Source: Planctomycetota bacterium (lineage in GTDB: Bacteria; Planctomycetota; UBA1135; UBA2386). Taken from it: DNA of 64,000 bases. The stretch covers positions 4,096,001 to 4,160,000 of the forward strand of contig JBKAGP010000001.1 of NCBI GenBank assembly GCA_046290465.1, read 5' to 3'. Below the pieces are notes generated by a model that searched no databases, had not been told where the DNA came from, and saw only the letters and a list, made by a program, of their open reading frames with translations. The position numbers and the translations under genes are program-made. Positions 35,687 to 44,810 of this stretch are shown piece after piece (positions within the stretch are counted from its first letter, which is position 1; each line of letters starts with the position of its first letter).

Positions 35687-37981
35687 ATGCGCATGACCCC
35701 TCTGCCCATTTCGCGTTCCCTCACGTTCGCCGTGCTCGCGGCCGTCAGCCTGCCGGCTCAGGACTGGACCGACGAGCAGCTCGTCGCCGAGGCAAAAGGC
35801 TTCCAGTCGCCGTCGCTGACCGCGCAGCTCGAGCAGGTCGGCAGGCTGCTCGCCGCCAAGGACCAGGCGTTCACCGCGGTCGCCGCGCGGCTGCACGGCG
35901 ACTACCGCGAATACCGGCTGAAGATCGACCGCCTGCTCGACGAACTGTGCGACCCCAATTGGAAGGTCCGCGAGAACGCCGAGCGCACGCTGGTCGAGAT
36001 CGGCGGCCGCGCGATCGGCGTGATCGAGAAGCGCCGTGACGACTACGAGGTCCTGGAGCAGAACATCCGCTGCGCGCGCATCCTCGACGCGCTCGCGGCC
36101 AAGGGCACCGAGCAGGAGGACCGCGAACGGCGACTGCTGCAGGGCCTGGTGCGACTGGCCGTCTACCTCGAACAGGACCCGCGGCTGCTGCGTTCGCTGC
36201 GCAGCGCGCTCGGCCACACCGACGCGTCGATCGCCGGCGGCGCGATCCGCGCGCTCGGCAAGCACGGCGGCGACGACGAGGCCAAGGCCGTCGCGCCGAT
36301 GCTGACCTACAAGGCGGGCCTGCACCGCCCGATCGCGCTCAGCGCGCTGGCGCGCATGAAGTCCGACGTCGCGCTCGGCTTCTGTCGGACCCTGCTGCTC
36401 GGCGGCGGCAAACAAGGTCCGCTCGAAGGTGTCGACCTCAACCGCACCGAGATGATGCGCATGCTGCGCGCGCTGCGGGCGCGCGACGACGACGGCGCCA
36501 AGAAGCTCGTCGAGGACCTGAAGCAGCACCCCGACCCGGTGATCGCCAGCGGCGCGAAGGTCGCGATGCCCGCCGACGCCGCGGCGGCGCCGGTGACGCT
36601 GACGCTGCCCGACCGCGCGCAGGTGACCGGCTCGCTCGGCGACATGATCGGCGACTCGTTCCTGATCCACGACGCGTTCGTCGGGCTGAAGACCGCGGAG
36701 CTGTCGTTCAGCGACTGCGCCACGTTCGACTTCGCCGATCACGCGGTCGCGAAGTCGCAGAGCGCGATGGTGTTCCTCAACCAGGGCAGCCGCATCGCCG
36801 GCGAGGTGCTGTCGGTCGACCCCGAGGCCATCAAGATCCGTTCGGAGCTGTTCGGCGAGCTGTCGCTGGCGCGCGGCGACGTGCAGGGCATGGCGTTCGA
36901 TCCCGGCCTCGATCGCCTGGTCGGTGCGTCGGTCGACCACGACCGCGTCCGGCTGCGCTCGGGCGAGATCCTCGACGGCAAGATCGTGCGGCTCGACGCC
37001 GGCCGCGTCGTCGTCGAGCCCAAGGCCGGCGCCGCCAAGGAGCTGAAGGTCGCCGACATCGCCGGCGTGCTGTTCACGCGGCCGCGCATCACCGAGCCCG
37101 ATCCGACCAGCTACGCGCGCCTGGACCTGACCAGCGGCGAACGCCTGATCGGCTTCATCGCCGAGATGTCGGACAGCAACGTCGCGACCACCGTGCCGCT
37201 GTGCGGCGCCGCGGCGATGCCGTGGACCAAGGTCCGCCACGTCGAACTCGGCGTCGGCGGCGGCGCGATGTGGGGCTTCACGCTGATCGCCGACTACAGC
37301 GACAACCGCATCGTCGAGGTCGACGACCAGGGCCGCACGGTGTTCGTGCTCGACGAGATCTTCGGCGCGTGGGACGCCGAGTGCCTCGACAACGACAACC
37401 TGCTGATCACCGAGTTCTCGGTCAGCCGCGTGCAGGAGGTCAATCGCAAGGGCGAGACCGTGTGGCAGTTCGAGGACCTCAAGAACCCCTACGACGCCGA
37501 CCGCCTGCCCAACGGCAACACGCTGATCGCCGACACGTTCGCGAGCCGCGTCATCGAGATCGACAAGGCCGGCAAGATCGTCTGGTCGTACTCGACCGAC
37601 ATCCGCCCGTTCGACGTCGACCGACTCGCCAACGGCAACACGCTGATCGCCGACGTGCTGAAGGACCGCGTGCTCGAGGTCAGCCCCGAGGGCGAGGTCG
37701 TATGGGAGGGCAAGGGCCTGCCCAACGCGCACGACGCCGACCGCTTGCCCAACGGCAACACGCTGGTCACGCTGCGCAACAAGGGCGCGGTGATGGAGAT
37801 CGACCGCGACGGCAAGATCGTCTTCGAGCTGTCCAACCTCAGCTCGCCGTCGGACGCCGACCGCCTGCCCAACGGCAACACGATCGTCGCCGAGAACACG
37901 CGCGTGCGCGAGTTCGACCGCCACGGCAACGAGATCTGGCGCAAGGAGATGACCTGGGCGGTCGAGGTCAACCGCTACTGA
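35687..37981 (+). CDS. Secreted HEAT-repeat + beta-propeller protein
   Basis: Signal peptide; DPNWKVRENAERTL HEAT-like segment; four DADRLPNGNTL-type repeats plus one degenerate copy. Confidence 0.75.
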   Translation: MRMTPLPISRSLTFAVLAAVSLPAQDWTDEQLVAEAKGFQSPSLTAQLEQVGRLLAAKDQAFTAVAARLHGDYREYRLKIDRLLDELCDPNWKVRENAERTLVEIGGRAIGVIEKRRDDYEVLEQNIRCARILDALAAKGTEQEDRERRLLQGLVRLAVYLEQDPRLLRSLRSALGHTDASIAGGAIRALGKHGGDDEAKAVAPMLTYKAGLHRPIALSALARMKSDVALGFCRTLLLGGGKQGPLEGVDLNRTEMMRMLRALRARDDDGAKKLVEDLKQHPDPVIASGAKVAMPADAAAAPVTLTLPDRAQVTGSLGDMIGDSFLIHDAFVGLKTAELSFSDCATFDFADHAVAKSQSAMVFLNQGSRIAGEVLSVDPEAIKIRSELFGELSLARGDVQGMAFDPGLDRLVGASVDHDRVRLRSGEILDGKIVRLDAGRVVVEPKAGAAKELKVADIAGVLFTRPRITEPDPTSYARLDLTSGERLIGFIAEMSDSNVATTVPLCGAAAMPWTKVRHVELGVGGGAMWGFTLIADYSDNRIVEVDDQGRTVFVLDEIFGAWDAECLDNDNLLITEFSVSRVQEVNRKGETVWQFEDLKNPYDADRLPNGNTLIADTFASRVIEIDKAGKIVWSYSTDIRPFDVDRLANGNTLIADVLKDRVLEVSPEGEVVWEGKGLPNAHDADRLPNGNTLVTLRNKGAVMEIDRDGKIVFELSNLSSPSDADRLPNGNTIVAENTRVREFDRHGNEIWRKEMTWAVEVNRY

Positions 37982-39771
37982 TAGCCGCGGAACACGCGCA
38001 TCAGCTGCGGCGGCGGCCCGCGCTGCAGCACGATGCGACCGAGGCGCAGCATGCGATCGGGGTCCTTGTCCGCCGCGGCCGCGCAATACTCGTAGACCGC
38101 GTGCTGGGTGGTCGACACCGACGGCATCGCGGTGATCGCCAGGGACAGCCACGGATGGGCGGCGGCGGGCCCTTCGCGCAGCAGCACCTGCTCGCCGCGC
38201 TGCCAGGCGGCCGGCACCAGGGCCCGTTCGACGCTCGGCCAGTCACGCAGACCCGGCTGCAGTTCGTCGGCGCGATCCAGCTGCGCCTCGATGCGGGCCA
38301 TCGCGTCGCTCCAGCGCGGCGGCACGTCTTCGAGCTGCGCCAGGGACGCACGCGCGCCGACGAAGTCACCGGTGTGGAACTGCACGACGACCTTCTCGCG
38401 CGGCCAGTCGACCGACCAGAACCAGACGCCGACGCCGACCGCGAACAGCAGCACGACCGCCACGGCGCGACGCAGGCGAACGGTCTGGCGGTCGAAGCGC
38501 TGCCGGAAGCCAGGTTCGATCTCGTAGCGACGCATCGTCTCGAGCCGCAGCTGCTCGTCGGGGTGCAGGCTCATCAGGCGACCCCGCAGTGAGTTGTTGG
38601 CCGGCAGCGTCGAGCGCGACACGGTCAACAGCGCGCGGCTGCACGGCTCGGCCCCCAGCACCTGCACCGAGGAGATGTCGGCCTCGTGTTCGAAGCGACG
38701 CGCGAGCGTTCGCAGCGCCAGCCAGACGAGCAGCGCACCGCCCAACATCACGACGGACAGCAGCACGACGTCGCCCTGCTCGGGGTCGAGCAACCGCAGC
38801 GGCGACATCAGCATCACCGGCACGACGAAGCCGAGCAGCGTCAGCAAACCCGGGTGGCCCATGCGCGCGTGGCCGACCTCGTGCGCGAGCACGCCGGCGA
38901 GCGAGCGCGGATCGAGCGTCTTGAGCAGGCCGTCGGTGAAGCACAGCAGGCGGCCGACCGGCAGCGGACCGACCATCATCGCGTTGACCGCGCGCATGCC
39001 CGTGGGCAGCACGAACAGGCGTCGCGGCGAGAACCCGAGCCGCAGGGCGGTCTCCCGCAGCACGCTGCCGAACGGCTCGGGGATGCCGTTCTGCACGCCG
39101 AAGGCGATGCGGAACCAGAATGGCAGCAGCGCGGCCGCGACCAGCAGGTAGCCCATCGCCGCCAGCGAGGTGCCGGCCGCCGTCGCCAGCACGACCACGT
39201 AACCCCAGCGCCACAGTTCGAGCAGGTCCATGCCGACGCCATAGAGCAGCGCCGGCATCACGGCGAGCAACGGCCAGCCGAAGCGCAACCGCACCGACGG
39301 CCAGATCTCGCTCCAGCTCGGCAGGAACATCGGCGAGACCGGTCGCGACGCGCGCGCATCGAAGCCCGACTCGACCAGCGCCTCGGCCATCGTCGCCATG
39401 ACGATGCGCGGCAGTTCGGCGACGTAGAGCGGCAGCAGCGTGAGCACGACGCGCAGGATGTGGCTGTCTGGCGCGAGGCGGTCGATCCAGTCGCCGTAGA
39501 GGCCGAGTTCGAACAGCGCGTGCAGCACCAGCGGCGTCGCCAGGCTGGACAGGCGCAGCAGCGCGCGCGGCGGCACCGCCGAGCGCCTGCCGGTCACCAG
39601 CGACTGCAGCGCCGTCGCGCGCGCAAGGACGGCGAGCAGCCACGGCGTCACCAGCAGCGCGGCGGTCCAGACCAGATCGTCGACGCGGCCCTCGCCGGGC
39701 AGCGCGCCGCCGAGTTCGCGGTGGGCCACCACCACGAACAGACCGACCAGGAACGAGAACGGCAGCGACAA
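37975..39771 (-). CDS. M48 (HtpX/Ste24-like) membrane metalloprotease
   Basis: Multiple TMs; NAM; LAHEVGH; RRFEHEAD; SLHP. Confidence 0.82.
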   Translation of the reverse strand: MSLPFSFLVGLFVVVAHRELGGALPGEGRVDDLVWTAALLVTPWLLAVLARATALQSLVTGRRSAVPPRALLRLSSLATPLVLHALFELGLYGDWIDRLAPDSHILRVVLTLLPLYVAELPRIVMATMAEALVESGFDARASRPVSPMFLPSWSEIWPSVRLRFGWPLLAVMPALLYGVGMDLLELWRWGYVVVLATAAGTSLAAMGYLLVAAALLPFWFRIAFGVQNGIPEPFGSVLRETALRLGFSPRRLFVLPTGMRAVNAMMVGPLPVGRLLCFTDGLLKTLDPRSLAGVLAHEVGHARMGHPGLLTLLGFVVPVMLMSPLRLLDPEQGDVVLLSVVMLGGALLVWLALRTLARRFEHEADISSVQVLGAEPCSRALLTVSRSTLPANNSLRGRLMSLHPDEQLRLETMRRYEIEPGFRQRFDRQTVRLRRAVAVVLLFAVGVGVWFWSVDWPREKVVVQFHTGDFVGARASLAQLEDVPPRWSDAMARIEAQLDRADELQPGLRDWPSVERALVPAAWQRGEQVLLREGPAAAHPWLSLAITAMPSVSTTQHAVYEYCAAAADKDPDRMLRLGRIVLQRGPPPQLMRVFRGYQ

Positions 39772-39786
39772 GCGATCAGGCTCCGG

Positions 39787-40857
39787 TCAGCGGCCGTTGT
39801 CGTCCTTCTCGGGTTCGCCCTGCTTCTGCTCGCCCTTCTTGCGCTCGCCCTTCTTCTGCTCGCCCTCGTCGGCGGGCTCGTCGCCGAACGCGAGACGGAG
39901 CAGCCCGGCAAACCGTTGGTCGGCTCGCAGCAGCGCGATCTCCGGGTCCTTCTCGAACAGCGAACGTTCCAGCCGCAGCGAACGGTCCAGGTCGGGCGAT
40001 GCGTGCATGCGAGCGCAGCGCTCGAGCGCCTTCATGCCGAGCTCCTTCTGGCCGGCGAGCGCGTGCACGCAGGCGGCGCTGTACCACGCCACCGGCCGCA
40101 GCTGGTAGTCGGCGCCGCGCGCCAGGGCCTGCGCGGCGCGGTGCGCCCCGGCCGCGCGCGGGTAGTCGCGCAGCAGGTTGTAGTAGTCGGCCAGCTGCAG
40201 CGTCGCGTTGACGCGGTCCTCGCCGTCGCCTTCGGTCGTGGCCCGCTGCAGGTCTCGAACGAACGCCTCGGCCGGCTTCTTCTTGCCCCACTGCCACAGC
40301 ATCGCGGCCAGCGCCTGGCGCAGGTCGGTCGGCTCGCGCTCGTCCTCGACCATCGCCAGCACCGCCGCGACGCGCTCCGCGTCCGGCAGCGTGCGTTGCA
40401 GGTCACGGATCGCCGGCACCAGCCGCACGCGGAACGTGAACGGATACCACTCCGGCGTGTCGAGCAGCAGCTCGAACAAGAACGGATCGACCCACGGCTG
40501 CAGCGCCTGCAGTCCGTCGTACTGGCCGACGAACACCATCCCGCTCTTGTAGGTGCGGCGCAGGTGTTCGAGCGTGACCTGCACCAGCAGGCTGCGCAGC
40601 CCCTTGCTGCGCGGTGCGTCCGGCTTCGCGGCGAGCCTCGGCTGCAGCGCGCCGAGCACGGCCAGCCCGTTCTCGGCGTCACAGACCGCTTCGACGGTCT
40701 GCCTCATCAGCTCGTCGGACGTGTGCTCCGACGCCAGCCACTTCTCGATGGCCACCGACGGATCACCCTTCTCCTGCGCGGCGAGCGGTGCAAGCACGGC
40801 CAGACAGACCACCGTGCCCAACCGGCCCCTACGCGCGGCTTCCGCAATGCGCAACAT
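39787..40857 (-). CDS. Secreted helical/TPR protein
   Basis: Signal-like N-terminus; C-terminal WYSAACVHALAG...EKDPEIALLRADQRF. Confidence 0.65.
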   Translation of the reverse strand: MLRIAEAARRGRLGTVVCLAVLAPLAAQEKGDPSVAIEKWLASEHTSDELMRQTVEAVCDAENGLAVLGALQPRLAAKPDAPRSKGLRSLLVQVTLEHLRRTYKSGMVFVGQYDGLQALQPWVDPFLFELLLDTPEWYPFTFRVRLVPAIRDLQRTLPDAERVAAVLAMVEDEREPTDLRQALAAMLWQWGKKKPAEAFVRDLQRATTEGDGEDRVNATLQLADYYNLLRDYPRAAGAHRAAQALARGADYQLRPVAWYSAACVHALAGQKELGMKALERCARMHASPDLDRSLRLERSLFEKDPEIALLRADQRFAGLLRLAFGDEPADEGEQKKGERKKGEQKQGEPEKDDNGR

Positions 40858-40900
40858 GTGCCCCGCTTGTAGCCCCCCCAGCCCCCCGACAACACCCCCC

Positions 40901-41128
40901 AAGGTTGCCGTACGGTACGCGGTTCATCCTCCAACTTTCGGCGGGCACCCCGAGCGCTCCACGTTCGCGACCATCCGAACGTACCGTTCGGGCCGGGGCA
41001 GGTAGGCCGCGGGCGGTCGCGAACGTTGGAGGACGAACCGCGTACCGTACGGCAACCTTCGCGAGGTCGGGTTGGCGGCCGGCGGTCGTGAGAGTTGGAG
41101 GATGAACCGCGTACCGTACGGCTACTTT
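40901..41128. repeat. 35-bp repeat in three copies (one inverted, two direct); REP/MITE-like
   Basis: AAGGTTGCCGTACGGTACGCGGTTCATCCTCCAAC at 40901-40935; reverse-complement copies at 41025-41059 (1 mismatch) and 41094-41128 (2 mismatches). Confidence 0.88.
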
Positions 41129-41703
41129 TGGAGCCAGGGGGTTGGGGTGTCGGTGGTGGCGGGGACGTGGGTGAAGTGGAGGTCGAGGTCGGTGCCGGCG
41201 AAGTCGGCGCGCAGGGAGGTGGCGAACGCGTCGATCGCGGCCAGGGAGGCGCGGCAGGTCGCGGAGAGGTGGTGCGCGGATTCGGGCAGCGACGCGAACG
41301 CCAGGCGACCGCTGCGGCGGCGGCGCAGCGAGGGCAGCAGGGCGCGCGCGACGGTCGTGTTGGCGTGCAGGTTGGCGTCGAGCAGTTCGCCGAGGTCGCC
41401 GGCGGGCTCGCGGCCGGCGACGCGGTCGCGCAGCAGGATCGAGGCGGCGACCAGATCGGTGATCGGCCCGAGCGCGTCGTTGGCGCCCTTGACGAAGCCG
41501 GCGGCGGCCTCGGCGTCGCCCGGCATCACGACCCCGACCAGCAGATCGGCCGACGGCAGCTGCTCACGCAGCCGGTCGACCTGCCAGGGGCGCGAGACGG
41601 TCGCGGCGACCCTGCCGCCGGTGTCGAGCACGGCGCGCGCGATCGCGACGCCCAGCGGTTCGGTCGCGCCCGTCAGCAGCACGACCCGCGAAGCATCCGG
41701 CAT
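41122..41703 (-). CDS. Degenerate SDR/Rossmann-fold protein
   Basis: VVLLTGATEPLGVAIA; DANL; no YxxxK. Confidence 0.6.
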   Translation of the reverse strand: MPDASRVVLLTGATEPLGVAIARAVLDTGGRVAATVSRPWQVDRLREQLPSADLLVGVVMPGDAEAAAGFVKGANDALGPITDLVAASILLRDRVAGREPAGDLGELLDANLHANTTVARALLPSLRRRRSGRLAFASLPESAHHLSATCRASLAAIDAFATSLRADFAGTDLDLHFTHVPATTDTPTPWLQK

Positions 41704-42272
41704 CAGAACGAGACCTTGACCGCCTTGCGCTCTTCCTGCGACTCGACCTCAAAGAACTCACCCTGCTTGAAGTTGAACATGCCCGCGATGATGTTCGCCG
41801 GGAACTGCTCGATGCCGTTGTTCATCTTCATCACGGCGTCGTTGTAGGCCTGGCGCGCGAAGCCGATCCGGTTCTCGGTCGAGGTCAGCTCCTCCTGCAG
41901 GCTCAACATGTTCTGGTTGGCCTTCAGGTCCGGGTAGCCCTCGGCGACGGCGAACAGGCGACCCAGCGACTGGGTCAGCGCGCCGTCGGCCTTCATCAGT
42001 TCGCCGATGTTGCCCGCATTGCGGAAGTCGACCGCCTGCTGACGCGCCTTGATGACGTTCTCGAGGGTCTCCTTCTCGTGCTTCATGTAGCCCTTGACCG
42101 TCTCGACCAGGTTCGGGATCAGGTCGTAGCGACGCTTGAGCTGCACGTCGATCTGGCTCCACGAGTTCTTGGCCTCGTTGCGCCGGCTGACGAGCCCGTT
42201 GTAGACGCCCATGGCCCACATGCCGAGGATGAGGACGAGCGCGAGAGGGATGATCCAGACCAGGTGTTCCAA
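41703..42272 (-). CDS. lemA: LemA family protein
   Basis: N-terminal TM; YNGLV..WSQIDVQLKRRYDLIPNLVETVKGY; YPDLKAN; TTG after GAGG. Confidence 0.95.
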   Translation of the reverse strand: MEHLVWIIPLALVLILGMWAMGVYNGLVSRRNEAKNSWSQIDVQLKRRYDLIPNLVETVKGYMKHEKETLENVIKARQQAVDFRNAGNIGELMKADGALTQSLGRLFAVAEGYPDLKANQNMLSLQEELTSTENRIGFARQAYNDAVMKMNNGIEQFPANIIAGMFNFKQGEFFEVESQEERKAVKVSF

Positions 42273-42297
42273 GGCAGAACCTCGATAGTTGGGTTGT

Positions 42298-43110
42298 TCA
42301 GGCGTGCCCCGCCGCATTCGGCAGGTCGATCTCGCCCGAGAAGACGGTACGGGCCGGACCCTCGATCGCAAGGGAAGGTCCTTCTCCGATGACGGCCAGC
42401 GTGCCGCCGAGGAGCTGCACCTGCGCGACCGGTCCGTGGATATTCCCGGCGCGCCGCGTGGCCAGGGCCACGACCGCCGCACCCGTTCCACAGGCGAACG
42501 TCTCGCCGCTGCCGCGCTCGAACGTGCGTTGACGGACCCGGTTGCCGCCGAGAACCTGCACGAACTCGACGTTGACGCCGCCGGCGAAGTCCGGGTGTTG
42601 CTGCATCGCCGCGCCGACGACGTGCACCGGCGCCGCGTCGACGTCGGGCACGAACGTCACCGCGTGCGGGTTGCCCGCGTCCCCCGGCACGAACGTCCAG
42701 GTGTCACCGGCGACCTCGACCGACCGCGGCTCGCCGACGGTGACCGCCCCCATGTCGGTCCGGACCAGGCCACCGTCGAGCAGCTCCACCGCGCGCGGCC
42801 CCGCGTCCGTCCGGACCTCGAACGCCCCGCCCGGCGCGTGACCGCAGGCCTCGGCGAACCGCGCCAGGCAGCGCAGGCCGTTGCCGCACATCGCCCCGCG
42901 CGAACCGTCGGCGTTCCACATCAGCATGCGCAGCGCGCCGTCGTCGTCGCGCGCCAGCACGATCAGCCCATCGGCCCCGATGCCGAAGTGCCGGTCCGAC
43001 CAACGCGCCGCCAGCTCGCCGGCGCGTTCGATCGGAAACGCGTGCGCGACGCCATCGACGTAGACGTAGTCGTTGCCGCAGCCCTCCATCTTGGTGAACG
43101 GCAGCTTCAT
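42298..43110 (-). CDS. dapF: Diaminopimelate epimerase
   Basis: FTKMEGCGNDY, GIGADG, MCGNG, GNPH, ERGSGETFACGTG. Confidence 0.95.
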   Translation of the reverse strand: MKLPFTKMEGCGNDYVYVDGVAHAFPIERAGELAARWSDRHFGIGADGLIVLARDDDGALRMLMWNADGSRGAMCGNGLRCLARFAEACGHAPGGAFEVRTDAGPRAVELLDGGLVRTDMGAVTVGEPRSVEVAGDTWTFVPGDAGNPHAVTFVPDVDAAPVHVVGAAMQQHPDFAGGVNVEFVQVLGGNRVRQRTFERGSGETFACGTGAAVVALATRRAGNIHGPVAQVQLLGGTLAVIGEGPSLAIEGPARTVFSGEIDLPNAAGHA

Positions 43111-44489
43111 CGCAGCTCGTGACGTTCGAACTTGCTCGGCACGTGCACCTCGCCGAAGCCGGCGTTGCGCAGCCGGGTCGCGTAGGCCTCGGCCGGATCG
43201 TCCTCGCCATGCACCACGAATACCTGCTTGCAGCGCTCCTGCAGCGGCCGCGTCGCCGCCATCAGGTCGCGCCAGTCCGCGTGCGCCGAGAAGCCGTGCA
43301 TCGAACGCACCTTGCACTTCACGTCGTAGTGTTCGCCGAAGATCCGCACCGGCGACTGGCCGTCGAGCAGCCGCCGGCCGAGCGTGCCGTGCGCCTGGTA
43401 GCCGACGATCAGCAGACAGTCCTGCTTGCGGCCGATGGTGTGCTTGAGGTGGTGCAGGATGCGGCCCGACTCGACCATGCCCGACGCGCTGATGATGACG
43501 CCTTCCTTCACCTGGTTGAGCGACTTGCTCTGCTCGACGCTGTCGACGTAGGTCACGCCCTCGAAAAACAGCGGGTTGTGCCCTTCCTTCATCAGCTGGC
43601 AGGTCTCCGCGTCGTAGAGATCGGGGTGCTTGCCCATGATCCGCGTCGCGCGGCGGCTCATCGGTGAGTCGACGTAGATCGGCAGCTTCTGCAGCAGGCC
43701 GTCGCGCATCAGCTGGCCGAGGAACAGCACCACCGACTGCGTGCGGCCGACCGAGAACGCCGGGATCAACACGCGACCGCCGTCGTGCTGTTCTTCGGTG
43801 ATGATGCGGCCGAGCTCCGCCATCATGTCGGGTCGCATCTCGTGGATGCGGTCGCCGTAGGTCGACTCGGTGATCAGCGCGTCGCACTCCGGCAGCGGCT
43901 CGGGGTCGCGCAGGATCGGCAGGTTCTTGCGGCCGTGGTCGCCGGTGAACACGACGCGCCGCTGCTGGTGGCCGCTGTCGATGTCCATCACGACGATCGC
44001 CGCGCCGAGGATGTGGCCGGCATCGAGGAACTCGACCCGCATCTCCGGGATCACCTCGAACTGCTGGTGGTATGGCCTGGGCTGAACCAGCCGCAGCGTC
44101 TTCTCGACGTCCTGCTGATCGTAGAGCGGCTCGACGTCGTGGCCGCGCTTGCGTAGGTGCCGCGCGTCCTGCGCCTGGATGTGCGCCGAGTCGAGCAGCA
44201 TCATCTCGAGCATGTCGGCGGTCGCCTCGGTGCAGAAGATCGGCCCGCCGTAGCCGTCCTTGACCAGGCGCGGCAGCGCACCGCAGTGGTCTATGTGCGC
44301 GTGCGACAGCACCAGCGCGTCGACCTCGCCGCCGCCGATCGGCAGGTTGCGGTTGGCCTTGTCGGCAACCTTGCGCGGCCCCTGCACGAGGCCACAGTCG
44401 AGCAGCACCTTCTTGCCGTTGACCTCGACCAGGTGCTTGGACCCGGTCACGTGGCGCGCGGCGCCGAGGAACTGCAGCGCGATGCCCAT
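43107..44489 (-). CDS. MBL-fold/beta-CASP metallo-hydrolase (RNA-processing type)
   Basis: SHAHIDHCG, AGHILG, ESTYG, PAFSVGR, SASGM, FSAHAD. Confidence 0.92.
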   Translation of the reverse strand: MGIALQFLGAARHVTGSKHLVEVNGKKVLLDCGLVQGPRKVADKANRNLPIGGGEVDALVLSHAHIDHCGALPRLVKDGYGGPIFCTEATADMLEMMLLDSAHIQAQDARHLRKRGHDVEPLYDQQDVEKTLRLVQPRPYHQQFEVIPEMRVEFLDAGHILGAAIVVMDIDSGHQQRRVVFTGDHGRKNLPILRDPEPLPECDALITESTYGDRIHEMRPDMMAELGRIITEEQHDGGRVLIPAFSVGRTQSVVLFLGQLMRDGLLQKLPIYVDSPMSRRATRIMGKHPDLYDAETCQLMKEGHNPLFFEGVTYVDSVEQSKSLNQVKEGVIISASGMVESGRILHHLKHTIGRKQDCLLIVGYQAHGTLGRRLLDGQSPVRIFGEHYDVKCKVRSMHGFSAHADWRDLMAATRPLQERCKQVFVVHGEDDPAEAYATRLRNAGFGEVHVPSKFERHELR

Positions 44490-44491
44490 CG

Positions 44492-44800
44492 CTACGTGCG
44501 CACCGTGACGGTGCGGGACGTCATGGTCAGCGGCAGCAGCAGCGGCTGCAGCAGCATGTCGAAGAACCCGTACTCGGTCTCGACCGTGTAGCTGGTCAGG
44601 CCGTCGGCCATGCGCTGTGCGCTGACGTCGTTGGTCGCGATCAACCCGAACAGCATGTAGTACTGGCGTGCGTGCTGGACCTCGGTGCCGGTCGCGCCGA
44701 GGCCGACGGAGTGTCGGTGATGGACGCAACCGGTGGCGAACAACAGCATCAGACAGGCGGCGGCGCAGAGACGCGCCCGCATCGGCATGGGCTTGAGCAC
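44492..44800 (-). CDS. Small Bor/Iss-like lipoprotein
   Basis: Lipobox FATGC; QYYMLFGL; short beta-rich body; exact start uncertain. Confidence 0.6.
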   Translation of the reverse strand: MLKPMPMRARLCAAACLMLLFATGCVHHRHSVGLGATGTEVQHARQYYMLFGLIATNDVSAQRMADGLTSYTVETEYGFFDMLLQPLLLPLTMTSRTVTVRT

Positions 44801-44810
44801 GCCCCGACTT

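Noticed and set aside
41025..41128. CRISPR array
   Set aside because: Only two direct copies, similarity extends into the spacer, a third copy is inverted, and no cas genes are in the window.
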